Assembly: GCA_029717555.1 (NCBI GenBank)
Contig: JAMDHS010000006.1
Span: 62,001-126,000 of the forward strand
Length of the DNA stretch: 64,000 nucleotides
DNA from: Peribolospora baueri
Lineage: Eukaryota
Direction: 5' to 3'
Position 1 is the stretch's first letter. Each line of letters opens with the position of its first letter. The notes under the pieces were generated by a model that did no database searches, was not told where the DNA came from, and saw only the letters and a list, made by a program, of their open reading frames with translations. This document shows, in pieces, positions 53,384-64,000 of this stretch. The position numbers and the translations under genes were made by a program.

Positions 53384-56103
53384 TTACTCCTCCTTCACTT
53401 GGTCGCCCGGCGCCCAAAGCACACACCGTCCGCTGGCGTTCCCCGTCACGACCCGAGCGGCCCTCAACGGATGAGTGGCGGTGACGGCTGGCACGGCCGT
53501 CACGTTCTCTTCGTCCGTCAGACGCTGGAGGAGGCTGCCGTCGTAAGCGTAGATGTCGAGCGCGCGTTTCATGTTGCCGACCTGTGCGTGTTTGCAGCAC
53601 GGAGAAGGACGTGGGACGGGAAAGGAGATGAGCCGCTGCTTGGAGAGCTATGTGGGCAGTGACGGACCGGACGGCGAGACTCACCGTGAAATGAGCAGGA
53701 AGATGAGGACTCGGATGCCAAGTCGCTCGGAAGAGGGTGAGCCACTGGCCCTGGAGATGCGCGAAATCAAAAAATCACGTCAGACCCGCGTCCGCCCCTG
53801 TTTTCTGGTCAACCCCCCCACACCCGACATGAACCCACTGTTTGATTATTGTGCGGCACCGTAACGCTCGGCTTGGCCAGCCAATTCGGCTGCTGGTACG
53901 GATCGCCGGCCTTCAAACCGGCGGAGCCCGTCCCATTGGCGGCCGCCGCATTCTCCCTCCCCTTTTTCTTGGCCTCGCCTCGTACGAATATGGGAGCGAG
54001 CCGTTGTTCCGGCGCCGTCTTGCGCGGCTTCGCGTCTTGCTCTGGAGCCCCCTTCGGTGCAGACGCGCATATCGTCGAGGGGCGGCTCGACAGCCGGTCT
54101 GATGGCATGTCCCAAACTGCAGTGGATATGGAGGGGGGTGAGAAAGCGGACTGCTACGCGCGTGAGGTCGCACTGTGGTAAAGCATGACCCACCTCGGAT
54201 AGTGTCATCGTAACTAGTGCTGACGAGTTTGCTGCCTGACGGGTCCCAGTCGACGGACGTAGCTGCCATACGGTGCCTGTACTCGCCCATTTGGGCCCAT
54301 CCTCGCAGCTCCTCGAGAGCTTCGACGTCCACGTGTTTCGCGTTGTAGGGCACCTCCAACGTGAGCGATGATGGAGAGGCTCGCAGGGAACGGAGGTCGT
54401 ACAGTCTGGCACCGGGACGCATGTAGATGGGCGAGTCCAAATGAGGATGGCAATCTTACGATCGAGCTGCGAGGCGCTCCTTACCTGACGCGCTGATCCA
54501 GAGACGCTGTGGCCAGTGCCCATGGATGACGCGAATTGACGGACATGCCACCAATCTGAATCCAAAAGATGAGTGCGAAGGATGAGCCTCATTCATACAA
54601 ACTCCTTACTTCACAAGACCCTGTCACCAGCTCGCCTTTTTATCGCTCAACTGCCACCGCTTCCTCGTATGATTCCGCTCTCTCAAATCCTGACAGCTTA
54701 TCCCTCCACGATGGTCGGCGACCCAGATCACTCTGCCCTCCCCGCCTGCACCCGCTTGGCTCAGGAGGTCAGAAGGGAGAATATCGAGGACGGAGAGAAG
54801 GACATCTTCCTCGAGCGAGAAGACCTCTGTAGACTGTCCAGTCGTGAAATCGAGCCTCCGAATGGTCGAGTCATACGACGCTGTGAACAGCTGTTATTGA
54901 GAGCGGCAGAAAGCTTCTACATCAGAACAGTGATCTGGGGCAGTCGATCGCGGCACGGCCAGAGCCAGACGTCCCAGAAAGGTACACTCACGCAATTGGG
55001 CTGGTACGGGTCTACCTTGACGCAGCTGATCGCGCTTTTGCCATGCACTTGCAGCTTCCACGTCTCACCATCGCCGTCTTTTTCTTCCGCGTCTTCCTCG
55101 TCCTCTCGTCCGCCCTCTTCGTCCTTGCCCTCTCGTGGCGTGCAGTCCCACACGCCAACCTGTCCCTCCTTGTCTCCGGCAAATATGAGGTCTTTGTCGA
55201 CGGTCGGGTGGTACGCGATGCTATAGATTCGTTTCACCGTCACTTTGGCCATCGATCGAACGCTCATCTTGTCCAGCTCCTCTTGGAGAGCCTTCATGTC
55301 CGGGTCAACCTTGCGCTCCCGATCCTCCAAACTGTCGGGCGTGCCATCTTCGCCCTCGCCCCTGATAGCATCGGCCGCTCCCGTTTCGTCGAGCTGTCTA
55401 CGTCTTTTTGCCGCCGCTGAGAGCGACGTATACTCGGAGGCGAGGGCTGACAAAGTGCCCGACAGCGACTCGAGCGCCTTGGCGTCCAGGTCCTCTCCAA
55501 GAGCGCCTAATGTCCGGTCCTCGTGACGCGCGCGCTTCGCAACCGCTGCCTGTTCTCGTGCAGCCTCCGCGTCTTCCTGCAAGCAGATGCCACATGAAGG
55601 GACGGAAAGAGTTTAGAGAGGTCCCATCTCCGTTCCTCCGCGTTCGCCCGCTCCCGGATAACAAGACTCAAGGACACGCACTTCGTACTTCCTCTTCATC
55701 TTGTCCGAGTCCGCTTCGATACCGGCCAGCCGTGCACTCTGTCTCCGCGGAGCGGTCGTTGTGTCCTTGGGCTTGGGCTTGGGCTTGGGCTTGGGTTTGG
55801 GTCGGGCAGCCGTCTTCTCCGCTTTGCTGCCCGCATCGCCAATGCCCAAGCTGGCTCTACCGCCATCAAGGTCCAGCGCACGCATAAGCTCTGTTTGTAC
55901 AGCAAATGAAGGTCAAAGAGTGAGCTGACGATCTTACTCTCCTTTATTACGTCGGACTCACCCCGGTTGCGCTTGATGTTCTCCAGCCGTTCTCGCTCAC
56001 TGGGAAGATGAGGGCAGGACAGGATCAGCAAAAAGAAGCCAAAGCAAAAGAGAGTGCAATCCGTTGCCGATCCGTGTCTAGCTCACTATTCTGAAAGCTC
56101 CAT
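53384..56103 (-). CDS. CMR1: WD40 DNA damage-binding protein Cmr1/WDR76
   Basis: MELSEYERERLENIKRN, PRRQSARLAG, KVTVKRIYSIAYHP...LIFAGDKEGQVGVWD, HNNQT-GQWLTLFRA, VGNMKRALDIY and TAVPAVTATHP...GNASGRC. Confidence 0.93.
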
Positions 56104-56748
56104 GGTAGGTAAAATCGTGGTAAAATGTGGTGGGTTGAAGCCAATCCGAATCTTCCCTCCACAGAGATCGAGGACGCGCCCGTGTTAATGATCGCGGTTC
56201 GCGGGTCGCCGCAGTCATCACGGACAATCTTGGAGCCGCCCGTAGCCGCTCTACTGACTGCGGTAGTTGCGATGCGCACGGACACAATGCGTGCACTGCT
56301 GCAATCATACGTGCGTTCCCGCCGTCCGCTCCCTTGTTTCCTTGTTTCCATCCCGCGACCAGCTTTTGTTTGCCTTAACTTCGCCGTCATCCTTTGTTCA
56401 CAAGACGTAGTCAATGACAAAAGACACAAAAGCAGGCAGCGTCCATTGCATGCTTATCACGCTTGTGCCCAGCATGCTGCGCCCATTGACGCCGTCTCCT
56501 TTCTTTGCATTCATCCCGGGACGTTTCTCGCCGTCGCTGAAAACCTATTCGGCCATTAAACGCCAGATGGCCATCAAGGCGGTTTGCACGTAATTTCTGC
56601 TCTCTGTTCTCATTTCTTTCTGCTCGTCTCTTTTCTTTCCACCTCCACAGTTGACGATCCCTTTCCACCACATTCGCTCATCCACGCCTTCGAGGAATTC
56701 TGCGGTCTTTATACCCGCGGCAGGCCGTTTCTCTCATCCCTCCTGGAA

Positions 56749-56756
56749 TATAAAAA
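56749..56756 (+). promoter_or_regulatory. Candidate TATA box upstream of the LRR gene
   Basis: TATAAAAA about 360 bp upstream of ATG 57113. Confidence 0.3.
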
Positions 56757-57112
56757 GGGGCTTGGAAGCCTGCCGGACGGTCAAATCGTGCTCCTGCATC
56801 CTGTGCGCACAAGGAAAGGGGTGGCGTGTGTGGAAATCCGTCTCCACCCCTTCCAAGTTCAAGGAGCACCTCAGTTGGGCCACCATCTCGCTCCATTCGC
56901 CTAGTTTCATTCACCTCCAACCCATTCCCGTCTGGGTTCAGGGTCTTGCTCAACGTCATTTTTTTTCGTCCAGGGAGGATATCAAATCAAAGAGTGGATC
57001 GTCGATCGGCAAGCAAGAGCTGCCTCCTCTCATCTCCCGCCACTTGCCGCTCTCCGGAGAGCAGGCTCCGTTGGCTACGATACCAAGCTCACCCTCGTCA
57101 GGAGAATTTACG

Positions 57113-59752
57113 ATGGAAATGTCGGCGAAGGAGAGCGAGATGCTGCAGCGCATTCTTCAGGAGCAAAACCGTCACTTGAGCCCGTCGTCCAGGGATTGGT
57201 CCACTGCCGACGGCGACTTTGCAGGCAAAGCCGAGTTCGGTTCTCTGCCGGTCGGCCGCGAGAGCGGAAGTGAGGGGACAGCGCGTGCATGGAATGCCGA
57301 GGACGAGGCGCCCGCCACAGGCAACACGACCGCATCCACGGGCCACGCCACGAGGGAAAGTCTGTTGCCAATCAACGCAACTCTTGTCAAACCCACTTTC
57401 GTCGTCGTACCTATCCAAGGCAACAACGAACGTGACGCACTCGTCCGGGACCACATGGCGCAAAGCAACTCGATGCAGCCGGTTCGTGGAAGGTTCGCCC
57501 GCATCTCGAAAGTACTCAGTCGCGGGATCGAACCCGCAGCTCCAGCGCCGACGAGTTCGGTGGCGTCGAAAGAGACGCCCGGTGCTCGCCGGAGCCCGGC
57601 ACTTCCAGTGCCATACATCCCGAGCCCGAGTCCGGTGGCACCGGCGACCTTGTCTTCCACCGTGGCGGCGAAACTTGAGGAAAATCTGAGCCGTCAGGAG
57701 CTTAACCTCCGTCTCCATGTCGCTACGGAGGCGGCTGGTTCGGATACCAACGTTAGGTCACGCTTCTCTGACCTGTCCCAGCCTTCTCAAGCTGAGCGGA
57801 CCCGGAAAAATAAGATGAAGGGTCGTCGGGCCGCTCTGCGCAGTTTGTACCTCACCCCGCTCACGACCGTCAGAGACGGCGTCGTGGCTGTCAAGACCGC
57901 AGCGGGAGCCATAGTCGGGAAGGGCGGCGGAGAGGTTGATAAGGGAAACGAGGACAATGCACGTAAAAACCGCAGTGGGAAGCTGGAGAAGGGTCGCAAA
58001 CACTTTCAAGGCGCCGTTGAGGAAGACGGCGGCCGTAGGGCGAAGAAGATCAAGAGAAAGGAGCGCAAGAAGCTCTATTGCCTTCTCCTCGGCTTCGTGA
58101 TGGCGTCGTTGATGCTTGCCAAGTGGGTCTTTTCCCGTTCTTACATTTTGCTCCTAGTTACATTTGCTAACAGATCCGGATACTCGCTGGACAGTCTCAT
58201 CGTGCTCGATGTCAAGGTCCTACCGCTCCTCTTCTCAGAGACCTTTTCCGATAACAAGAACAGCACCGTGCTGACCAACAACCCGGGCCCCAACGTCACG
58301 ATCGTCGAGTCCTGCCTCGAGCAGTTCCAAACACTCTCCTCACCCGCCTCGCTGCAAAACTACCAATGCTCGCCTTGTCTCGCCGCACTTACGGCATTGC
58401 CAAACGATTTAGTCCCATCTCAGGCGTCCAAGACGACTCAGCGAGGCCAAGGCGAGGTGCTACAGTTCTGTGCGCTCAAGGCCATCTACTCTGCTGCTGC
58501 AAATGGAAGCGGCAATAGCCTTGACGGGGCGGCATGGATGACGGATAAGGACGTATGTAAATGGGGAGGCATAGCTTGCGACGAGCAAGGGAGGGTGACC
58601 GATCTGTGAGTAGCTCTGCCGTCGCATGTCGACCGTTGGTATCATCATACCTCCAACGCATCTCGTCCTTGTCCTTTACTCGGTCCATCTCTCGTAGCAT
58701 TCTAGCCGTTCCAGCAGTGCCTTCCTCCCTACCGGCCACCATCTCCCTCCTCGTCTCCCTCTCGACCTTCTCCTTAACCGGGACCGGATCTGTTCCCTCA
58801 GCAGCCCTCCCAGATGGCCTCTGGGCGCTTACGAACCTTAGCAGCGTACATATAGAGAACACCGCCCTAGAGGGTCCCCTGCCGGATGACGCATTCTCCA
58901 ATCTCACGGCTCTCACGAAATTGGAGTTTGCTACCAACCGTAGGCTTGGCCCTAATCTGCCGAGCAGCGTCGCGCAGAGGGCGCTGACGACCCTGTGAGC
59001 GTCGCTTCCCTACAGCTTTCGACCCCGAACGGAAATTTTTTGCAGGGTCCCGTTTCGCTAACGCGCGTAAAGTAATGTTCTGATTGCCAGGGTGATGTCT
59101 GGCCAAGGCCTCTCGGACCCGGGCGTCCTTAATGTCGTGTTTGGCTCTCAGACGCTCGCAGGCTCTCTGAGCTATATGTGAGTACACGAGCGTCCTGTTT
59201 ACTATACCGGGTCTTCGGATATGTTCATGCTCATCTGCGTCCGACCGCTTTCATCTCCAGCGACCTTTCCGGTAATATTCTTTCGGGGTCTGTGCCCGAT
59301 GGGATCAGCGCATTCAGTAAATTGACGACGCTGTGAGTGCTTTACGCGATTCAAAGTCGCAGTGTTTGTGGAATGCTCGCACTGACCATCGCATCGCCGT
59401 GTGTTTTCTGGGCCAACGCAGGCACCTCGAGGGCAACCCACTGTCCGGCGTCGTGCCGACGGCTCTGTGCTCCCTCTCGTCCCTAACCACTTGTGACCTT
59501 CGCTCCACGTCTCTCACCCCCATTTCCAACTCGTCCTCAGTTCTGCCGATGACTTCGCCCATTCCTTCCCATCCTGCCGCTTCATCTGCTGTGGCGCTTG
59601 CAGCAACTTCAAATGCGCCCGAGGTGCTAGCTCTCGCTTCTGATCCTCTCCCCACCACGAGCGCCGTCGTTTCGGTCCCGAATGCCTCGCCGCGGCCGAT
59701 CCACTCGAAAAGGGCGTTTTCGGGCACTTGTGGTGTCTGCCAATTCGTTTGA
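57113..59752 (+). CDS. Single-pass membrane protein with C-terminal plant-type LRR domain (start uncertain)
   Basis: Long disordered N-terminus, basic stretch, TM LYCLLLGFVMASLMLA and a Cys-rich region. LRR N-cap VCKWGGIACDEQGRVTDL, repeats such as DLSGNILSGSVPDGISAFSKLTTL-HLEGNPLSGVVP, and end GTCGVCQFV*. Confidence 0.8.
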
Positions 59753-60821
59753 ACCCCGTTGATCCCACCGCTTTTAGTATGGACTATTATCATCCTGGGT
59801 CCTTGTTGACGGGTCTTTCTTATCGCTCCCATCAAGTCGGAGACGTGTCTCCTTCTAGCCTCCATGTTTCCGATGAGAAAGCTGCTCAGCCCTGCCCAAG
59901 CCGGCAGGACACAAGTCAACCTGAGGGTGTACAAATGAGTTCGAATGGATTACTGGAACGTGACGATTCGTGTCGGCTCGAATGCTCACTTAAAGGTTCG
60001 GCCGGTCGAGAAGGGAAGGGACGCATATTGACTGCGAAACCCCATGTCGGGTCGCGTTCCTTGGCTTGGCGTGAATGGGAGCGTGCCGATCGATGTTTGA
60101 CGGACGGGTTGACAGCGGACCGTGTGTCCTTTCCTACCTACCCTGGACGTGACAATATTTTTACCCCCCTTTCTGCCTCTGTTAAGATTTCTTTTCTCCT
60201 TTACGAAGATGGCTCTCGCTCTTTGGTCTGGTCTGCACCCCGGTCTGATAGGTCATCTCAACAAAAAGCAGCACGGTGATGGATGGCGATGGCGACGGCA
60301 TCAGCAGCAGCAAATCCGTGTCGTGTGCCTGAACGTGGAACTGCTTATTTCTTGCGTGCCTACTTTGCTTGCATGCAGCGAGCGCCCTTTCAGGTACCCA
60401 CCTGTCGGATGCGCGTTCTGGGTGACGATGGGGCGAGACTCGCAGTCGCAGCATGATGGTGGAGAGGACTAGTCGAAATACGTACACAGGAGTCACAAAA
60501 AGAATGCTGCTAGTTCAAAACGATGCATTCTTGTTGGCCGATGAGGTACGAACGTACAGCGGAAGGCGAAGAGCGGGTGGGAGGGCGGGAGGGGAGGAAA
60601 GGGATGTAGGGATGGACAGAGCATAGGTTTCGACGAGATGTGTGACATGCTGTGGCATGAGTAATGCCATGCAGAGCGAGCGAGAGGCAGAAGGGAAAGA
60701 CTGAAGAGAAGGAAGAGACGTCTCCGAGACGCATCGAAGAGGAGAGGGTGACAATAAAAAAACCCGACAAACGGATGGACGGCTGGACTGGGCTGACCTA
60801 GCGATCGGGGACGGGGTCTCC

Positions 60822-62599
60822 CTATCCGCTGACCTTCCAAAGCCTCTGCCTCCGCTCCCTCCTCGTAACGTGGACATTACTGCTTACTCCTGGAACAGCC
60901 CCTCCGGCGCCTCCGAAAGCGAGCACGACAGTTTCTTCCGCAATCGGACCACCTGCCGTCCGCCGTCTCTTGCGCTCCGAGATGCACGCCTTCGCAAACT
61001 TGAACCGCTCCTGGTCCGTCGGGACGGGAAGGGAGGGGTGCTCTACCGCCGCTTTGAACATGCTAAACGGGAGCATGGAGTAGATGCGTTGCAGAGCAGG
61101 CGTGCCCATCGGTCGATCATTCGTCGTCGCCGTAGCCGTCTCCGAGCCTCCCCCAGTGACGTCCGGGAGCGCTCCATTGACCAGCGAGCCGGTTGCGCTG
61201 GGAGCCACACCGAAAGCGCCCAACTCAGAAGGGAGAGATTCGACGAGGTAGCGCATAATCTCTGCGCGCAGCTTCTTCGACCACTGGCCATATGGACCGG
61301 AGACGTCGTTGGATCCTTGACCTCCGTTTCCGCCGCCTTCTCCGCCACCTGCATCGCTGCCGCTGGTGCTCGATGCGGGAGTAGGAGGTAGGAAAGGCGG
61401 TGAAGCCGGCGGGCGTGCTTCGACGAAGGAGACCCAATCGATGATCGTGCCGCGGTTGATGCCCTGTTTGCATAGTTCTGTGGCGGCCTGACAGAGGTCG
61501 CTGAGGGAAGAAAGAAAAGACGAAGGAGAGAAGACAGGCTCGTCAGTGAATTGCACGCGCCTCCTCAACTCTCATCACTGTGCGTCACGAAAAGAAAGCC
61601 ACTCACTCGAGCTGCAAAAAACTTGCCGCTGCCAACACCGCCTTGGCGTTCTGCGCCGTCAATCCCTGAAGGGAGAAGGGTCCGTACAAATGACCGATGG
61701 AGAGATGAAGGGCCTGCATGTCCGTCCAAAACAAAAAAAGGAAGGTGGGAGGGAACCATTCGAAGGGGACAAGGCAACCTGAAGCCCGAAGAGCACGGGC
61801 TGACCAGAAGGGAGATGAGACCGCTCACCTCCTCAGTGATGTTAGGATCCGCGATGGGAAGTATAATGTCCCTCGTCGGGCTCATGGAGAGGATTTGAGC
61901 GAGCAAAGGCGAGCAGGCGAGGATGAGCGAGTGAAGCTTCAGGCTGTGCTGCCTGATCGAGGGACTGGCCTCCACGGCTCCACCCGCCGAACCGTTCCCT
62001 CCCACCCCAGCCCCTTGTTCCTGCCCCAAACCCTGGCCTTGGGCAGCCTCGGCTCCCGCAGGCTCCCTATGCCTAGGCGGCGGATGAGGAGTGACATAGA
62101 GGATGCAATCGGAGAACATGGCGCGAATGAAACCGTTCTCGTATAGATGTGCGGACAGAGCCTCGGCCTGCCTTTGATGAACCTGGGCGGGCGTCGTGCC
62201 GAGCAGATTAGCTACTGCCGTCGCCCCCGGCGAAGGGGCAGAGACCGAGGCCGAAGCCGTGAACAGAGGCAGCCTGGCGGGCAAAGGAGCTGATATGGGC
62301 GCCATTGGGACGGGGACGGGGACGGGCGCGACGACCGCTGGCGTACTCGGGGTTCCTGGTCCGTGAGATGATGCAAAGGGAAAGGGAGGTCCGGGCAGAG
62401 GGGGTGTGGGAGAAGAGGTGGAAGGGAGGTACGGAGGGGCCGCTGGTCCCGCCACGAGGCCAGGAGCTGGACCAGGTGGAGGTGGCGGCGTGGAATGTTG
62501 CGGCTGGGGTTGCTGTTGCTGTTGCTGCTGATGCTGATGCTGATGTTGTTGGGTATGAAGAGATATGAAGGGCGGCGGTTGAGCAGGATAAGGCGACAT
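60822..62599 (-). CDS. BTB/POZ-like domain protein with Pro/Gln-rich N-terminus (start could be upstream at 62858)
   Basis: HLYENGFIRAMFSDCIL, LKLHSLILACSPLL, DPNITEE-ALHLSIGHLYG, NAKAVLAAASFL, YGQWSKKLR, DQERFKFAKACI and EETVVLAFGG...LWKVSG*. Confidence 0.75.
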
Positions 62600-63722
62600 G
62601 GCGATTGGACGATGGTAGGGGGAAGGGGACAAGAGAGAGGAGGAAGACGTGGAAGGCCCGGCAGAGGTAGTGTCGGACCCTGGTCCAGATTGAAAGCTGA
62701 GAATATGGTGCAATGAGATGAAAGGAATATGAGAGGAAAGAGAAAGGTGGGAGCAAGACACTTGAGCGATGGTGAGCAAGACACGCGAGCTGGGCAATCG
62801 GGCGTGCGTCCAGTCCCTGTTCGCCGCTTTGCACCTCGCCTACTGAGGGTGGCGGCATGAGCGCGCGCGTTCGACCTTCCTTCAGCTCACCCTTGGAAAT
62901 GATAATGCATGTCGTTCATGACGTTCCAACAAGATGCGATGGTGAAAGGTGCGGAAGAGAGAAGAGAGAAGTCCTACAGCAGGAAGAAGCCAAAGAGGCG
63001 AGAAGGGGAGGAACAGAGACGTGCGAGCGAGAGGGGCACGTGACCAACAAAGTGGACGCCGATCGCCTCTCCTTTTAGTATCGTCTCTTCTCCTGTAAAC
63101 CGTGTAAAAAAATCAAGATTCCTTCCCTATCCCTTGTGAGCTTGAGATATGTGCAATGAGACGTGAAGGGCTCGATGACATGAGGGGAGCGACGAAATAC
63201 ATGTGACGGTGACGAGGGAGATATTGCGCGAATGGAAGGGGGGTGGACGTCGAAGAAAACGGTGGGGGGAGGGGTGGGAGGTAGGGGAGAATCCTGGCCA
63301 CCTCGACATGCTAATGTGAGGTATGTCACAGATCCCGAGCTGAAGATGGAAAGGGATAGGCTTGCGGATGGTCCGTGTCGTGACGTGACAGCGGCGGAGA
63401 GGAAGTAAGTCCGTAGAGTCCGTAATGAAAGCCTCTCCGAAAGAAAAGTGAGGAAACGCAAAAGGAAAACCAAAACACAGCTACCGTCTATGCAAACAAT
63501 CGACCGAATCGAAGATCAAAATAGCGCGCGTGATGAGTCGAAAAATAAAAGACATAGAGTGAACCAGGAGAGGTTGAAAAGAAAGAGTAAACTTGCATGC
63601 CTGCCGGTTGGTCCTAACCGTGCGAGGGCAGAGCGATCTGCGGCTCGAAGGAGGTCTAGGTGAAGCGCGATCAGAACGATCCGAAGACGCATCAGCGAAA
63701 GTCTGCCTGCCCAGGACAGCCC

Positions 63723-63919
63723 TCACTGCGCGGCGTCCAAGACGGCTGTCCTCCTCTCCTGCGCGGTCGCGTCGTCGAGGGCAAGAGCAGGCACGACCCT
63801 GGCGAGGACGGACCAGCCGCTGACGAGCATGACCACCGCAGTCGCTATGAGAGCGATGAGAGCTGGGTGCATAGCTCGGAGGGCCGCGCCGGCGTTGCAA
63901 GCGCCGCAGGTCCAACCGC
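63723..63919 (-). CDS. Last exon of an unidentified gene extending beyond the window end; hydrophobic C-terminal segment
   Basis: GCTAAC branch point and CAG acceptor at 63920, then GWTCGACNAGAALRAMHPALIALIATAVVMLVSGWSVLARVVPALAL...AAQ*. Confidence 0.5.
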
Positions 63920-64000
63920 CTGCCAGGTGAGGAGAGAGACGGGTGGGATAAGCGAAAGAGAGCGTTGATGGTTAGCACTCATCTTCTTCTCGGATGACGG

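Noticed and set aside
55768..55802. (TTGGGC)n repeat resembling a telomere-like array
   Set aside because: It is coding sequence for the PKPKPK tract of CMR1.

Overview
Gene-dense, intron-rich, GC-rich eukaryotic DNA, most consistent with a basidiomycete fungus (GTRAGT/GTGCGT donors, CTGAC/CTAAC branch points, short introns). About 25 spliced genes were reconstructed by hand. Most are housekeeping genes: MRPL31 (partial), a SERCA-type Ca2+-ATPase, KGD4/MRPS36, an XPG/FEN1-family nuclease, DPB2, DRE2, DRS1, an E2 ubiquitin-conjugating enzyme, PEX11, RPS18, TRP2, PRP21, YKT6, BET3, GUP1, TIM17 and CMR1. There is also one tRNA-Gly(GCC). Accessory-type genes are an isochorismatase-like hydrolase, an APH-like kinase, a secreted 2xLysM protein, an Rdx/SelW-like CxxC protein, a type-II-membrane plant-like LRR protein and a BTB-like protein. 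No transposon or CRISPR is evident. The most notable oddities are: (i) a hidden spliced QIP/GFD2-like DEDDh exonuclease gene interrupted by a tandem TAG-TGA; (ii) RPS18 encoding HYAS in place of the conserved H(Y/F)WG; (iii) an intron splitting the YKT6 start codon; (iv) a GC-AG intron and frequent AAG acceptors; (v) an LRR receptor-like protein with inverted topology. All gene models are manual predictions and no database search was run.
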